DNA of 61,531 nt, counting the filler, from Sphacelaria rigidula (lineage: Eukaryota): assembly GCA_964200075.2 (NCBI GenBank). It is 6 parts of 6 records of this genome, joined end to end, with 100 filler letters (N's around TTAATTAATTAA, not from the genome) between each part and the next. Parts side by side here need not be neighbours in the genome. Positions count along the whole stretch, not along the records: positions 51,362 to 61,531 come from CAXNAA020006994.1; 5 more parts are not named here. One strand, written 5' to 3'. Position numbers and translations under genes: made by a program. The notes beneath the pieces were generated by a model that did no database searches, was not told the origin of the DNA, and worked only from the letters and a program-made list of their open reading frames with translations. Positions 61,365 through 61,531 of this stretch are shown one piece after another (the first letter of the stretch is position 1; each line of letters starts with the position of its first letter).

Positions 61365-61531
61365 TCCCCCGTGGTGACGCACCCATGAGGCAGTGTATAA
61401 GCCGTGACTGTTTCTGGAAGTGGCGATACCAGAAAATAAAGCAGCTCATTGTGGGCTGTAATCCAAATGGAAGATAATCAGTAGGTTTCGGGCTGAACAA
61501 TCTTAGCAGGATGCAGCTCACCATTCATGCG

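Overview
This window is not one locus. It is six unlinked ~10.17-kb contigs (1-10174, 10275-20447, 20548-30719, 30820-40991, 41092-51261, 51362-61531) joined by artificial N44-TTAATTAATTAA-N44 spacers. The DNA is eukaryotic, intron-rich and full of repeats; a stramenopile such as a brown alga is likely, but that is inference. Well-supported content: (i) two decayed Ty3/Gypsy LTR retrotransposons, one 5'-truncated on + in contig 1 and one full-length with both LTRs and a chromodomain on - in contig 6; (ii) the first five phase-consistent exons of the splicing helicase PRP16/DHX38; (iii) candidate exons of several unidentified genes; (iv) many tRNA-derived SINEs, MITEs and foldbacks, and LINE 3' ends. 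The most unusual signal is a non-LTR retrotransposon family with seven pieces here. Its ORF2 stops 5 nt from the 3' end, it has no poly(A) tail, and every 3' end abuts a C-rich tract. Two copies show target-site duplications that begin in the C-run, suggesting a poly(C)-targeting, tail-less LINE. Second is a Gypsy integrase that appears to carry a chromodomain followed by a Tudor-like domain. No prokaryotic operons, CRISPR arrays, rRNA or intact tRNA genes were seen.
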